DNA of 64,000 nucleotides, taken from NCBI GenBank assembly GCA_021108215.1, contig JAIORK010000036.1, positions 22,948 through 86,947 on the forward strand. The letters are read 5' to 3'. Below are positions 38,041 through 51,081 of the stretch, in pieces. The translations under genes were made by a program, and so were the position numbers. A model generated the notes under the pieces. The model was given only the letters and a program-made list of their open reading frames with translations, searched no databases and was not told the origin of the DNA. Position 1 is the first letter of the stretch, and every line of letters begins with the position of its first letter. The stretch comes from a bacterium. GTDB lineage: Bacteria; Oederibacteriota; JAAXVQ01; JAUVAV01.

Positions 38041-38135
38041 CTATTTTAATTTCAGAACAGCAGAGCAGCTGATCAGCAGACCGCAGGTTCACTTTTTTGC
38101 TGTTCTGCTGTTCTACTGCTCACCTGCTCTACGAT
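38041..38135. repeat. Dispersed ~70-bp repeat of the CAGCAGACCGC/GCTGTTCTGCTG family
   Basis: It is about 85% identical to 23761-23838 and 24001-24078 and shares cagcagaccgc with 23520-23535. Confidence 0.5.
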
Positions 38136-38180
38136 TGAATGGGAATAATTGTTTTTGGACAATTATTCCCATTCAATCGT
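38136..38180 (-). terminator. 20-bp perfect hairpin overlapping the guaA stop codon
   Basis: The sequence is gattgaatgggaataattgt-ttttgg-acaattattcccattcaatc. It has no strong U-tract. Confidence 0.35.
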
Positions 38181-39710
38181 TGCAGGCGGCTTGGAGGAGA
38201 TGTCCAGCACCACTCGGTTGACACCTTTGACCTCATTGATGATCCGGTTGGAAATTTTACCCAGAACCTCCTGGGGCAGATATGCCCAGTCCGCTGTCAT
38301 GGCATCCACACTGGTCACCGTACGAATGGCAACGACATTTTCATAGGTCCGCTCATCCCCCATAACCCCGACCGACTTAACCGGCAATAAAACAGCAAAT
38401 GCCTGCCAGAGATTGCGATAATTGCCGCTGGTTTTTATTTCCTCAATCAAAATCGCATCCGCTTTGCGCAAAACCTCCAGACGTTCACGCGTCACCTCTC
38501 CGATAATCCTAATTGCCAAACCGGGCCCGGGGAAAGGATGACGCCAAACCATGTCCTCCGGCAATCCCATTTCCAATCCCACACGCCGCACCTCATCTTT
38601 AAACAACTCACGCAGCGGTTCAACCAGCTCAAAACGCATGTCATCGGGAAGTCCGCCGACATTGTGATGAGATTTAATGGTGGCGGAAGGACCTTTGACC
38701 GAGACGCTCTCGATCACATCCGGATAGATCGTCCCCTGGGCCAAAAATTCAAAATGCCCCAATGCTTTGGATTCCTTATCAAATACCTCAATAAACTTTT
38801 TTCCGATACGTTTTCTTTTCTCTTCGGGATCTGTGATGCCCGAAAGATCATCTAAAAAATCGTCTGTGGCATCCACCAGATCAAAACGGATATCATAATT
38901 TTTTTTAAAAATACTCAAAACCAGTTCCGCTTCACCTGTCCGGAGAACCCCATTGTCAATCAACATACACGTCAATTGGTCCCCGATTGCTTTATGCAGC
39001 AAAACCGCAGCTACCGCGGAATCAACCCCGCCGGACAAACCGCAAAGTACTTTACCCTTGCCAACTTGTTTACGAATTCGCGCCACGGTCTCCTCTACAA
39101 ACGAGGCCGGTGTCCAGGTCCCGGAACAGCCGCAAACCGTATACAAATAATTTTTTAGAATGGTCATGCCCTCGCTGGTATGCTCAACCTCAGGATGAAA
39201 CTGAATACCAAAAATCCTTCGCCGGGCATCGGCGATCCCCGCCATCGGCGCATTATCTGTTCCGGCCACAATCTCAAACCCTTGCGGCAAAGCTGCCAGA
39301 CGGTCACCGTGGCTCATCCATACCTGGGTGGTTTCCTGAACACCGGCAAACAGGTCACAACCTGCGGAGATCTGTAACTTGGCAAATCCATATTCCCGGT
39401 CCTGTGATGGTTCCACTTTCCCACCCAACAGGTGACTGATTAATTGCATCCCGTAACAGATCCCCAAAATGGGCAGCCCCAATTCAAATAGTCCGCGATC
39501 CACCAGCGGCGCCCCCTCGGCATAAACTGAGGAAGGTCCCCCTGATAAAATAATACCTTTGGGATGCATATCTTTTACCTTCTCCAATGGAATATTATAG
39601 GGGTGAATTTCGCAATAAATATTTAATTCCCGGATACGCCGTGCAATCAGTTGGGTATATTGAGATCCAAAATCCAAAACAAGAATAAATTCTTCATGTG
39701 CAGTGGTCAC
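38163..39710 (-). CDS. guaA: GMP synthase (glutamine-hydrolysing)
   Basis: It has the GATase1 triad (GICYGMQL), the ATP-PPase motif SGGVDSAV and the C-terminal dimerisation domain ending IEWE. Confidence 0.95.
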   Translation of the reverse strand: MTTAHEEFILVLDFGSQYTQLIARRIRELNIYCEIHPYNIPLEKVKDMHPKGIILSGGPSSVYAEGAPLVDRGLFELGLPILGICYGMQLISHLLGGKVEPSQDREYGFAKLQISAGCDLFAGVQETTQVWMSHGDRLAALPQGFEIVAGTDNAPMAGIADARRRIFGIQFHPEVEHTSEGMTILKNYLYTVCGCSGTWTPASFVEETVARIRKQVGKGKVLCGLSGGVDSAVAAVLLHKAIGDQLTCMLIDNGVLRTGEAELVLSIFKKNYDIRFDLVDATDDFLDDLSGITDPEEKRKRIGKKFIEVFDKESKALGHFEFLAQGTIYPDVIESVSVKGPSATIKSHHNVGGLPDDMRFELVEPLRELFKDEVRRVGLEMGLPEDMVWRHPFPGPGLAIRIIGEVTRERLEVLRKADAILIEEIKTSGNYRNLWQAFAVLLPVKSVGVMGDERTYENVVAIRTVTSVDAMTADWAYLPQEVLGKISNRIINEVKGVNRVVLDISSKPPATIEWE

Positions 39711-39820
39711 GTGCCTTCTCCTTCACTATTTAAGATGACCCGATGAATACCTCCCGTATTCACTGGACACAATGCAACGGGCGAATACATGGATTCGCCC
39801 CTACAATGCACAATACGATC

Positions 39821-39860
39821 GCCTGATAAAACCAATAAGGGCGACCCTTTGGGTCGCCCT
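39821..39860 (-). terminator. Terminator of guaB
   Basis: On the minus strand aagggcgaccc-aaag-ggtcgccctt is followed by a TTATTGGTTTT tract. Confidence 0.5.
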
Positions 39861-39901
39861 TATATGCTGCTACAGTCCAACCGACCGACCCGATAAAACA
39901 A

Positions 39902-41389
<1,488 letters not shown>

Positions 41390-41721
41390 TCATCCCGGCT
41401 GCATTAAACCGCTACTGCGGGAACAATTGAATTTGTGATGTTATCAGATGGGTTCAAAAAAGTCAAGTAGCAGAAAAACACTATTTTCAAAAGATTTTCA
41501 ACAGCCACAAGAAGGTGTTTCCTTAGAAAAACGCGGTTTTTATCTATCTTCCGATTGAAATCTTCATCTGAAGTCTGGCAGTATATCTGTTTTTTTCCTT
41601 TGGAGGCGAAATAACCGGATGTGATTACGCCTTACTTTTTAGCAAACAATTTACGATTGATCTGATATGGCGTTTCGTATGAATCAACCAAAGCTACTGC
41701 CAGGCCAATTTCATATTCACA

Positions 41722-41783
41722 CAAAAAAAGAGGGACAAAGCATCTTGTCCGGCGCATGCCGGATGCTTTGTCCCCTTTTTTTA
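41722..41783 (-). terminator. Rho-independent terminator of groEL (bidirectional in form)
   Basis: An A7 run, then gggacaaagcatc...gatgctttgtccc (13-bp stem), then a T8 run. Confidence 0.7.
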
Positions 41784-41872
41784 TAGTACGGATTGAAACC
41801 GCACTTATATCTATTTATTATTTATTGATTATTTTCAACTGCTTAGAAACAAAGGATCGAACTCCTTTGTTT

Positions 41873-43549
<1,677 letters not shown>

Positions 43550-43576
43550 TTAATTTTCAGTCGTGCGTCACTGTAA

Positions 43577-43867
43577 TCAGCCTTCCAAAATTCCGTAAAT
43601 ATCATCCTCGTTCATAATCATATACTCTGCATCATCCAGCTTTACTTCATTGCCGGCATACTTGCCATACAGGACTTTGTCCCCGGTTTTAACATTCATC
43701 GCAACTTTCTGGCCCTTGTCATCCGTCTTACCCGGTCCAACAGCGATGACCTCTCCGACCAAAGGTTTTTCCTTGGCTGTATCAGGAATAATGATCCCCC
43801 CACGCTTCTCCTCTTTTTCTTCATTCGGCTTCACAAGGACACGGTCACCCAGTGGTTTGAATTTCAT
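43577..43867 (-). CDS. groES: Co-chaperonin GroES
   Basis: It starts MKFKPLGDRVLVKP. The start was set at the second ATG, which has a GGGGGA RBS. Confidence 0.95.
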   Translation of the reverse strand: MKFKPLGDRVLVKPNEEKEEKRGGIIIPDTAKEKPLVGEVIAVGPGKTDDKGQKVAMNVKTGDKVLYGKYAGNEVKLDDAEYMIMNEDDIYGILEG

Positions 43868-43922
43868 ACGTGATTCCCCCTTCATTCATGTTGATATATT
43901 GAAAAACAGGTTTCCAATAGAA

Positions 43923-43949
43923 TTAGCAGTCTCCGCCAGAGACTGCTAA
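43923..43949. promoter_or_regulatory. CIRCE (HrcA operator) upstream of groES
   Basis: TTAGCAGTC-N9-GACTGCTAA is a perfect 9-bp inverted repeat with a 9-nt spacer matching the CIRCE consensus TTAGCACTC-N9-GAGTGCTAA. Confidence 0.8.
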
Positions 43950-44128
43950 TTCCGAGAGACAACTATACGCATTCTTAAAAAATTGTCAATTTTTTTTTCG
44001 GATTTTTGTACATTCTTATCTAAATTAAAAAAACGGCAGCTAACCGGATCGTCTTAAATCCGAAATAATTTGCCTGCCTTTTCAGCAAATTTTGAGAAGT
44101 CGAGCTGAAATAGAGCAGGCATCCGACA

Positions 44129-44175
44129 CCCGGCATTCGCCGGGCAAGTCCGCCGGACACGGTACGCAGGGCGAA
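44129..44175. repeat. REP-like GC-rich dispersed repeat (copy with the hairpin CCCGGCATTCGCCGGG)
   Basis: The sequence cccggcattcgccgggcaagtccgccggacacggtacgcagggcgaa shares blocks with 5184-5205 and 7789-7847 (reverse complement). Confidence 0.45.
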
Positions 44176-44239
44176 AAAATATTTCTTAACCGAGTTTAAC
44201 TGTCTTTGGCTGGATTCTGGTTATTCACACGATTTATTT

Positions 44240-44989
44240 TTAGGCAGGCATATGCGTCTTTAAAAAATCAACAATCCACTGGGCAACTTGCTCAAATTCA
44301 TTGTCCAATGTCAATACGTGAAAGGAATTTTTCAGACGGTGCATCTCCTTGATTTCCGAACCAACATGCTCGATAAAATAATCCAAACACCGGGGCGAAA
44401 TGGTATGATCAATTTCCGACTGAATACCCAACACCGGCATTTTTAAGCTTGGCAGATCTTTTTGTGCCATTTTTCCCAAGTACAACATATCTTCTACATT
44501 TTTCAGATGAAAACGCGGGTAACTTTTTTCCTGATACCGCGTCCCTTTCACATCATTCCCAATGGACTTTTTCCAGGGCATGATATATTTAAGAATTGGT
44601 AAAAAAAACGTACGCCAATCATCCAGAAACAAAGCCGGTGCCAAAGCGACAAAGACAGGTACCGGCCGGTTGGCCGCTATCTGGATACCCAATGCACCGC
44701 CCATGGAAAAACCGATAATTGCAGGATTTTTATATTTTTCAGCCAACTGATCATAGGCGGCAAATGAGGCCTTACGCCAATCTGCATGAGAATGCGCGGC
44801 CATATCCTCCGGCGTGGTGCCGTGCCCGGGCAAAAGCGGCATCGAAACCGTAAAACCCGCATCTGCCAAAATTCCGCCCATCGGCCGCAGTGCCTGCGTG
44901 GTGCTGGTAAATCCATGAAGAAACAAGACCGCCTGAGGGCCGCGTTCCAGTAAAACAGATTCACCGCCGAGATATTCGGATGACGTCAT
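44240..44989 (-). CDS. Alpha/beta hydrolase (carboxylesterase/lipase-like)
   Basis: The nucleophile elbow GFSMGG follows an HGFTS oxyanion region. It is 249 aa. Confidence 0.7.
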   Translation of the reverse strand: MTSSEYLGGESVLLERGPQAVLFLHGFTSTTQALRPMGGILADAGFTVSMPLLPGHGTTPEDMAAHSHADWRKASFAAYDQLAEKYKNPAIIGFSMGGALGIQIAANRPVPVFVALAPALFLDDWRTFFLPILKYIMPWKKSIGNDVKGTRYQEKSYPRFHLKNVEDMLYLGKMAQKDLPSLKMPVLGIQSEIDHTISPRCLDYFIEHVGSEIKEMHRLKNSFHVLTLDNEFEQVAQWIVDFLKTHMPA

Positions 44990-44991
44990 GG

Positions 44992-45885
44992 CTATTTATC
45001 CTTTTTCTTAATTGTCCGGATAAGTTCCATCAATGTATTCATACTGGTTTTGCTAAACGCCCCACGGTCATAATAGGCCAACTGCCGGTTTTGCGCATCC
45101 TGGATACGCATCCCCGCAAAATCATCAAATTCATAGCGCCGCACCACCTGGCTGGCAGTCGTGAAAATTAATTTTTTAAAATCCTCTTTCACTGCCGCCG
45201 GCACATCAAATGACTTGAAGGGTTCCGCGTCCGGTAAAAAATGGAGTGTCAGTATGAACAAACCGTCACCTGGTTTGTCTTTTTTATCAAAGATTCCCTG
45301 TACACCGGAAATACTAAAAAGCCGCTCGCTGATAAAACTCATCTGAAACTTCAGCCTTACACGCTCGGCAATTTGTGCCGCTAAAAAATCCGGCACAGAA
45401 TAATCTTTAAGCTTGTGAATACCCCGGCTGTTTTTCGGCACCGGCGCTTGCGCGGAAACCTCGATAAGCAATCTTTGAAAATAATCACTACGGGAAATAT
45501 CGTCCATAATCAGGCGCCGAATATCTTTGATATACCGGACAAAAGACACCTCGACACCCGTATCCGCATCACGCAAAGAGATCACAAAAAAATCAAAAAC
45601 AAATTCAGAAGAGAGTGTGACCCGGGAGGTGGTCAGCATGACATTTTCAATCTTGTTTAAAGCCTGGTCGGAAAAAGTCAGGTCAGAGAGCAGCGTGTCC
45701 GGCATGACAATCAAAGCACCCACGGTTTTGTTCCGGGTCGCTACCGTGACATCCACACCGTACTCTTTCTCGCAGATTTGTTTGATCGTCTCTTCTACCG
45801 AACCCGTAGGGTAGGAGGCACGGCATCCGGCCATCACCGGAATCACCAAACCAAGTAAAATGACAAGCTTCGAAATACGCTTCAA
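44992..45885 (-). CDS. Lipoprotein, function unknown
   Basis: It has a signal peptide with lipobox VMAGC. The ATGA overlap with the upstream ftsH-like gene indicates an operon. Confidence 0.4.
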   Translation of the reverse strand: MKRISKLVILLGLVIPVMAGCRASYPTGSVEETIKQICEKEYGVDVTVATRNKTVGALIVMPDTLLSDLTFSDQALNKIENVMLTTSRVTLSSEFVFDFFVISLRDADTGVEVSFVRYIKDIRRLIMDDISRSDYFQRLLIEVSAQAPVPKNSRGIHKLKDYSVPDFLAAQIAERVRLKFQMSFISERLFSISGVQGIFDKKDKPGDGLFILTLHFLPDAEPFKSFDVPAAVKEDFKKLIFTTASQVVRRYEFDDFAGMRIQDAQNRQLAYYDRGAFSKTSMNTLMELIRTIKKKDK

Positions 45886-47609
45886 TTTTTTTGTTTCCCG
45901 GTTTTCGCCTTTTTAGCGGCCGCGGTCTTTGCAGCACTCTTTCCGCCACCCTTGGAACCTGATTTATCCGCAACTGTAACTGCCGTGGTTTCCAAAAATT
46001 CTTTGACAGAATGTTTCAGTCCATACTGATCAAAAATTGCATCAATTTCGTCGTAATCCAGTTCTTCGCGCTCTAACAATTCTCTAACAAAGTGATCTAC
46101 AATCTTCCAATTTTTCTTAAGTACCCGAACCGTATCATCATAACATTCCTTCATAATTTTCTCAGTCTCTGCATTCAGCCGTTCCTTGAGTGACTCAGAA
46201 ATCTGTGCCTCAGGCAAAATGGCAAAGTCACCCAAAAAGCCATTGCTGCCCATACCCACCCGCCAGACCATACTATGCGCCATGCCCATGGCATGCTGGA
46301 AATCGCTGGAAACACCGGTAGACGTAACACCAAAGCGGAGTTTCTCCGATACATACCCTGCCAAAGAAACCTTAATATTTGCCATGAGGGTATTCCGATC
46401 CATGGTATACAGCTCTTCGCGCGGCGAATGATGCACCACACCCAGAGCGCCGCCACGGGATATAATTGAGGCCTTGAACACATCATCTGTGGGATGCAGC
46501 AAATACAGGGTTACCAGATGCCCGGACTCGTGATAAGCCACCATCTCCCGCTCATGCGGAGTCATGGTTTTGCGGTGTTCAATCCCAAGTTCAATCCGTT
46601 CAATCGCCTTGGTCATATCCGCATACTCAACTTGGTCACCTCCGCGGCGCATGGCGATCAGGGCGGATTCCTTAATAACATTTTCAATTTCCGCCGGACT
46701 CTTGCCCACGGATTTACGGGCCAGACGGCCTATGTCCAAATCCGGATCATGCTGGATCTTGGACATATAAAATTTAAATAATTCTTCGCGCTCAACCAAA
46801 TTGGGTTTATCAATATAGAGCTTGCGATCAAAACGACCGGGACGCATAAGCGCCTGATCCAGCACATCTTCACTTGCATTGGTCGCGCCAATCACAATAA
46901 CGTTCTCGCGCTTGGATCCCAAGCCGTCCATCTCCACTAAGAGTTGGTTCTGCGTACTGTTGGTCTCCTCGCCGCCGCCAAATTTTGTAAAAGTTCTGCC
47001 GCGCCCAATTACCTCAATTTCATCGATAAAAACAATACACGTTCCTTCCGCATAGGCCAGCTGGCGCGCCTGTTTAAAAAGTTTCCGTACACGCGATGCA
47101 CCCACACCCACAAACACCTCGGTAAATTCGGAACCTGCCACAGACAGAAACGGCACCTTGGCCTCAGTTGCGATTGCCTTGGCCAGCATGGTCTTGCCGC
47201 AGCCCGGCGGACCGACCATCACCACGCCGCGCAGAATTTTGCCGCCAATGGCTTTGAGTTTTGCCCGGTCCGAGATGAGCTGTACAACTTCCCAGGCTTC
47301 CCGTTTGGCCTGCTCCAACCCGATAATATCGGCAAATGTAATATTTACATAGGATGATTTGACTTTCTGTTTTTTCATCTGGGAAAAACCGCCGCGGAAT
47401 ACGGTCATATACAGATATACAAAAATCACCGCATTAAGTGCTGCCATTAAAAGCTGAAGCGGCAGGGTGGCCAGAGTCAAATTCAAATAAAACGATTCCA
47501 ACGACGCCAGTCCGATCACGGTAAAAACCAGCAAAAGGATGACCGCTGTGATGATCAACATCCGCACCCAGTAATTCATCAACCATACTTTAACTCTACG
47601 GTACCACAT
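45882..47609 (-). CDS. ftsH: FtsH-family AAA+ zinc metalloprotease (short form with a Lys-rich C-terminal tail)
   Basis: It has two N-terminal TM helices, Walker A (GPPGCGKTM), Walker B (IVFIDEIE), SRH and an M41 HESGH zinc site. Confidence 0.8.
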   Translation of the reverse strand: MWYRRVKVWLMNYWVRMLIITAVILLLVFTVIGLASLESFYLNLTLATLPLQLLMAALNAVIFVYLYMTVFRGGFSQMKKQKVKSSYVNITFADIIGLEQAKREAWEVVQLISDRAKLKAIGGKILRGVVMVGPPGCGKTMLAKAIATEAKVPFLSVAGSEFTEVFVGVGASRVRKLFKQARQLAYAEGTCIVFIDEIEVIGRGRTFTKFGGGEETNSTQNQLLVEMDGLGSKRENVIVIGATNASEDVLDQALMRPGRFDRKLYIDKPNLVEREELFKFYMSKIQHDPDLDIGRLARKSVGKSPAEIENVIKESALIAMRRGGDQVEYADMTKAIERIELGIEHRKTMTPHEREMVAYHESGHLVTLYLLHPTDDVFKASIISRGGALGVVHHSPREELYTMDRNTLMANIKVSLAGYVSEKLRFGVTSTGVSSDFQHAMGMAHSMVWRVGMGSNGFLGDFAILPEAQISESLKERLNAETEKIMKECYDDTVRVLKKNWKIVDHFVRELLEREELDYDEIDAIFDQYGLKHSVKEFLETTAVTVADKSGSKGGGKSAAKTAAAKKAKTGKQKN

Positions 47610-47725
47610 AAAAATTAACTCCCTTTTTTAGACCCTCTGAAACTTCGGGGTAAAAATAGCATCACGCCCTGCTCACGGCTGCGTAAATAACTGCTTCATC
47701 TGTCATGCTCCGGAAACGAACTGGA

Positions 47726-48004
47726 TTATCCTTCAACCTTATGGGTCAGGACAACAATCTTGATCGCGCTTTTCCGTTCCCCGTCCAATTCGAGATGCAT
47801 GAATTCCGGACGAAAGGTCAATTCAATTTTATCATCCGTAAGGTAAGACCGGGAAATGGTAATCGCTTTTACTGCCTGATTCACACTTTGAGGACCCATC
47901 GCAACAACTTCAATATCCTTGCCTTCGCGGATATTATTAGCAATCGCACCAGCTACAGTGGCAGGGTTGCTTTTCCCGGCAACTTTGAGAGTGAGCATTG
48001 GCAT
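47726..48004 (-). CDS. spoVS: SpoVS family protein
   Basis: The 92-aa product (MPMLTLKVAGKSNPATVAGAIANNIREGK...) aligns with SpoVS over its full length. An AGGAG RBS is present. Confidence 0.8.
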   Translation of the reverse strand: MPMLTLKVAGKSNPATVAGAIANNIREGKDIEVVAMGPQSVNQAVKAITISRSYLTDDKIELTFRPEFMHLELDGERKSAIKIVVLTHKVEG

Positions 48005-48194
48005 AGTCGTAAGTCTCCTTTTGCGACGTTATTGAACCGGGACCTAACCGGCGCAACCCTAAATAGGGGCTGATTATTATTTTTAAAGTATAGCATATTC
48101 ATGCCTGTATTTCAATTTGACTTCTTTTATTGACGCTGGACTTTTCTGCCCGGAAAACCGGTGCCTGGCACCAAATCCCCGAAGCTTTTATGAA

Positions 48195-48740
48195 TTACTT
48201 TTCTATTTGTACTATATATGGTGGGTCAAGTTTTAAGAGTGCATATGTTTTACGAAGAGTTTTTTCTCCTCCAGATCGAATCAGATATTCACCTCGCGTC
48301 GGGATTGTGTCCTTTCTCCAAGATCCATTTTTATAAAGCCATTCCACCTTGATTCCTTTCAGTTCTTGCAAAACAGGATGTATCACCTCAACAACTTTAA
48401 ACGCTGTTGCCCGTTTTTTTTTGCCAAAAGGGTGAGGGATTTCTACTGTTGATGGGATTGATTGCCATTCCTGATCATCAACACTCTTGTATTGAGTTGC
48501 CTTTGCTTGGACACCTCCGGGATCTTTTGCTTCCGGACTATCTGAACAGAAAGCATAGATGGGTTGGGGTTGTGGATTCGCATTAATGTAGTTAATCCAC
48601 TGTCTAATAAATTCTTCTTTTCTATCTTGAAACGACCATAGCGTCCATTCGTTTGCTTCAATTTCCTTTTCTTTACGCCGAAGAATGTCCTCACGGGTTT
48701 CTCCAGCGTGAACTCCTAAACAGTGCCAAAATCCTAGCAT
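48195..48740 (-). CDS. Hypothetical protein (181 aa), third gene of the Panacea/RelE operon
   Basis: It overlaps the RelE-like gene stop by 7 nt. No recognised motif was found. Confidence 0.4.
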   Translation of the reverse strand: MLGFWHCLGVHAGETREDILRRKEKEIEANEWTLWSFQDRKEEFIRQWINYINANPQPQPIYAFCSDSPEAKDPGGVQAKATQYKSVDDQEWQSIPSTVEIPHPFGKKKRATAFKVVEVIHPVLQELKGIKVEWLYKNGSWRKDTIPTRGEYLIRSGGEKTLRKTYALLKLDPPYIVQIEK

Positions 48741-49099
48741 ATTTTCCCAATCCTCCCCCGATCCTCTTTCTCCTTATCCCCTTTAAAATAAATTTCTATC
48801 AACGCCACTTTATTTTCCGCCGCATAATACGCATAGATCACCCTGATCCCGGAATTCGCGCCCCTGCCTTTCAGAGCCTTGCAGGCGAATTTGCGGGCTT
48901 TGTAGATTTTCGGATTTTCAATGCCTAAATCAGGAATGGATACGATGCCCTGGTTATCCTTATCCAGCTTATGATAGAGCTGAAGCTGAACTTTGATAAA
49001 TACATCCAAATCATCTTCCGGGGTTTTGAATCGTTTCCTCAGCTTTTTTAAATCCTTCTCAAATTCCGGCCAGCGTCTGACCTCACTGAATATTTTCAT
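48734..49099 (-). CDS. RelE/ParE-family type II toxin
   Basis: The C-terminal signature is KALKGRGANSGIRVIYAYYAAENKVALIEIYFKGDKEKED. It overlaps the upstream antitoxin gene by 17 nt. Confidence 0.65.
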   Translation of the reverse strand: MKIFSEVRRWPEFEKDLKKLRKRFKTPEDDLDVFIKVQLQLYHKLDKDNQGIVSIPDLGIENPKIYKARKFACKALKGRGANSGIRVIYAYYAAENKVALIEIYFKGDKEKEDRGRIGKIC

Positions 49100-49901
49100 C
49101 GCTTCGTCTCACTGAATAGGGTGCTGTCCGGTAAAACACGGATTCATATTCAATATTTTTACCCTCCTCGGAGGTCATCCAGGGAACATCAGCATGTGAA
49201 TAATCTTCCATTTGCCTGGCATTCTTATCCGACAGCCGGGCCAAAACATCGTCAATTACTTCCTTTTCATTCGCTGAAAGAACACTTAAATCCGGTTCCT
49301 TTAGCGGCAAATATTTTGTTTGCGGATAGTCAAAGTATTGGCTTTTCACTTTCTCGATTTCATTATTCTTGATCATGTTATCCACAATCACTTTAAATTC
49401 CCGCGGTGTAGGGCCGTGATGATTCTTAATATACGTGGCCCCGATAAGCTGTTCCTCAAACCTTTCATAATAATCGAAGTCCATAAAATACAGGAGTTTA
49501 TAGATAACGCTTTCCCCGATATTGGGTTTTGATCCCACTTTGCCCAGTATATACAATAAAATCTGCTTGAATTTTTTCAGATTCTTCTGCGGCACGTTTA
49601 TGCGAATACCGGGTTTGGTCTCTTTTTCTTCTTTAGTCATTTCCAAAATCACCTGCGGCTCTTTGGAAATATCCATAAGGCTCTCCACCGAGACCCCGAA
49701 TATTTGGGAAATTTTCTTCAACTCTTTTATTGAGACAGCTCTGGTGCCGTTTTCCATTTGAGAAATCGTGGGACGCACCACTTTCAGTAAGTTCGCCAAT
49801 GCCTGCTGACTCATTTCCTGAGATTCCCTCAACAATTTGACATGTTTGCCTATTTTTTTATCAAATTCGCCCACGGTGAACACCCCCTTTTCTATACTCA
49901 C
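49083..49901 (-). CDS. HTH-XRE + Panacea (DUF4065, SocA-like) domain antitoxin
   Basis: The N-terminal HTH (MSQQALANLLKVVRPTISQMENG) is followed by the Panacea hallmark (SVIYKLLYFMDFDYYERFEEQLIGATYIKNHHGP). Confidence 0.75.
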   Translation of the reverse strand: MSIEKGVFTVGEFDKKIGKHVKLLRESQEMSQQALANLLKVVRPTISQMENGTRAVSIKELKKISQIFGVSVESLMDISKEPQVILEMTKEEKETKPGIRINVPQKNLKKFKQILLYILGKVGSKPNIGESVIYKLLYFMDFDYYERFEEQLIGATYIKNHHGPTPREFKVIVDNMIKNNEIEKVKSQYFDYPQTKYLPLKEPDLSVLSANEKEVIDDVLARLSDKNARQMEDYSHADVPWMTSEEGKNIEYESVFYRTAPYSVRRSDENIQ

Positions 49902-50063
49902 TCTACGTCATGTAATTATTCCTGTCAACGCAAAGTTAGCATTTATTACTTTTGTCCCTGGGCTATTTATTAGAGGATGGCTTCATCTTGGTCATGCTAT
50001 CTGGTCAATCCTGAAAAAGTCAAAAATAAAAAAAAGTGGCTGGCACCACTTTCATTTTCTTCA

Positions 50064-50158
50064 AGACCCTCGGCATACTACTTTTTCACAGTGCATCCTG
50101 TTTGAGCTTCCCGAAGGGGGCGAGTTATGCACCAGAAAAAGTAGTATGCCGAGGGTCT
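50064..50158. repeat. Long inverted-repeat element with 24-bp perfect arms, a 47-bp spacer and nested internal hairpins
   Basis: The arms agaccctcggcatactactttttc and gaaaaagtagtatgccgagggtct are exact reverse complements. The spacer contains gtgcat...atgcac and ccc-gaa-ggg sub-stems. It lies between the rsmI stop and the Panacea-operon promoter region. Confidence 0.5.
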
Positions 50159-50184
50159 CCTAAAAAAGAACCGACACCTTGGCT

Positions 50185-51066
50185 CTATTTCTTATGAATC
50201 GCATGGGCCAGTGCATAGACTTCCGGCCGGGGAAGGTTTTTCTGCCGGGCGACACGCGCAATGGCCTGGTTCAGGGTCAATCCGTCTGCCTGCAAACGAT
50301 CCAATTGTTCCTGAATGGATTCTGAGACCACGGACTCCTCAGGATCATGATTGCCGTCAATCACCAAAGTATATTCACCCCGGGTGATTTGGGCTGCATT
50401 TTCAATCAGTTGCGAAATCGTGCCGCTGATATAGTCTTCATGGATCTTCGTCATCTCGCGGCATAACACCGCCGGCCGGTCTCCCAAAATATCAAGAATA
50501 TCCTTTAAAATTTTGTCTAATTTATGCGGCGAGAGAAAAAAAACCAGAGTTTCACTGCGCTGCCTGAGGGTCTCCAAAAAACGGCATCGCGGTCCGGTCT
50601 TGGCATCTAAAAATCCAAAAAATGAGAAGCAATCATTTGGAAACCCGGCACCTACCAGCGCAGTTAACACTGCGGACGGACCGGGTAAAATCTCGGTCCG
50701 CACACCATGTTCGCGGGCCGTCTGTACCAAATAAGCGCCCGGATCGGAGATCCCCGGCATGCCCGCATCGGAAACCAGCGCGATGGTTTTACCTGAACGC
50801 AGGCGGGCAAGAATTTCCGGCGCTTTTCTCTTTTCGGTTTCCTTATAATAACTCGTCAGCGGGGTATGAATATCATAGTAGGATAAAAGCTTGCGGGTAT
50901 GGCGGGTATCCTCGGCAAGTATCAGATCCGCCTCTTTGAGCAGGCGCAAACCGCGCAACGTCATGTCTTCCAGATTACCAATCGGGGTACCGATGAGATA
51001 GAGTGTTCCCGCGCGTTCATCCTGACCGGACGGATGAAACAATTGCGAATTCGGCGTTTTTGCCAT
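50185..51066 (-). CDS. rsmI: 16S rRNA (cytidine1402-2'-O)-methyltransferase
   Basis: It has the tetrapyrrole-methylase fold with LYLIGTPIGNLEDMTLRGL and AEDTRHT. Confidence 0.9.
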   Translation of the reverse strand: MAKTPNSQLFHPSGQDERAGTLYLIGTPIGNLEDMTLRGLRLLKEADLILAEDTRHTRKLLSYYDIHTPLTSYYKETEKRKAPEILARLRSGKTIALVSDAGMPGISDPGAYLVQTAREHGVRTEILPGPSAVLTALVGAGFPNDCFSFFGFLDAKTGPRCRFLETLRQRSETLVFFLSPHKLDKILKDILDILGDRPAVLCREMTKIHEDYISGTISQLIENAAQITRGEYTLVIDGNHDPEESVVSESIQEQLDRLQADGLTLNQAIARVARQKNLPRPEVYALAHAIHKK

Positions 51067-51081
51067 AGCGGCTTTCCTTAA

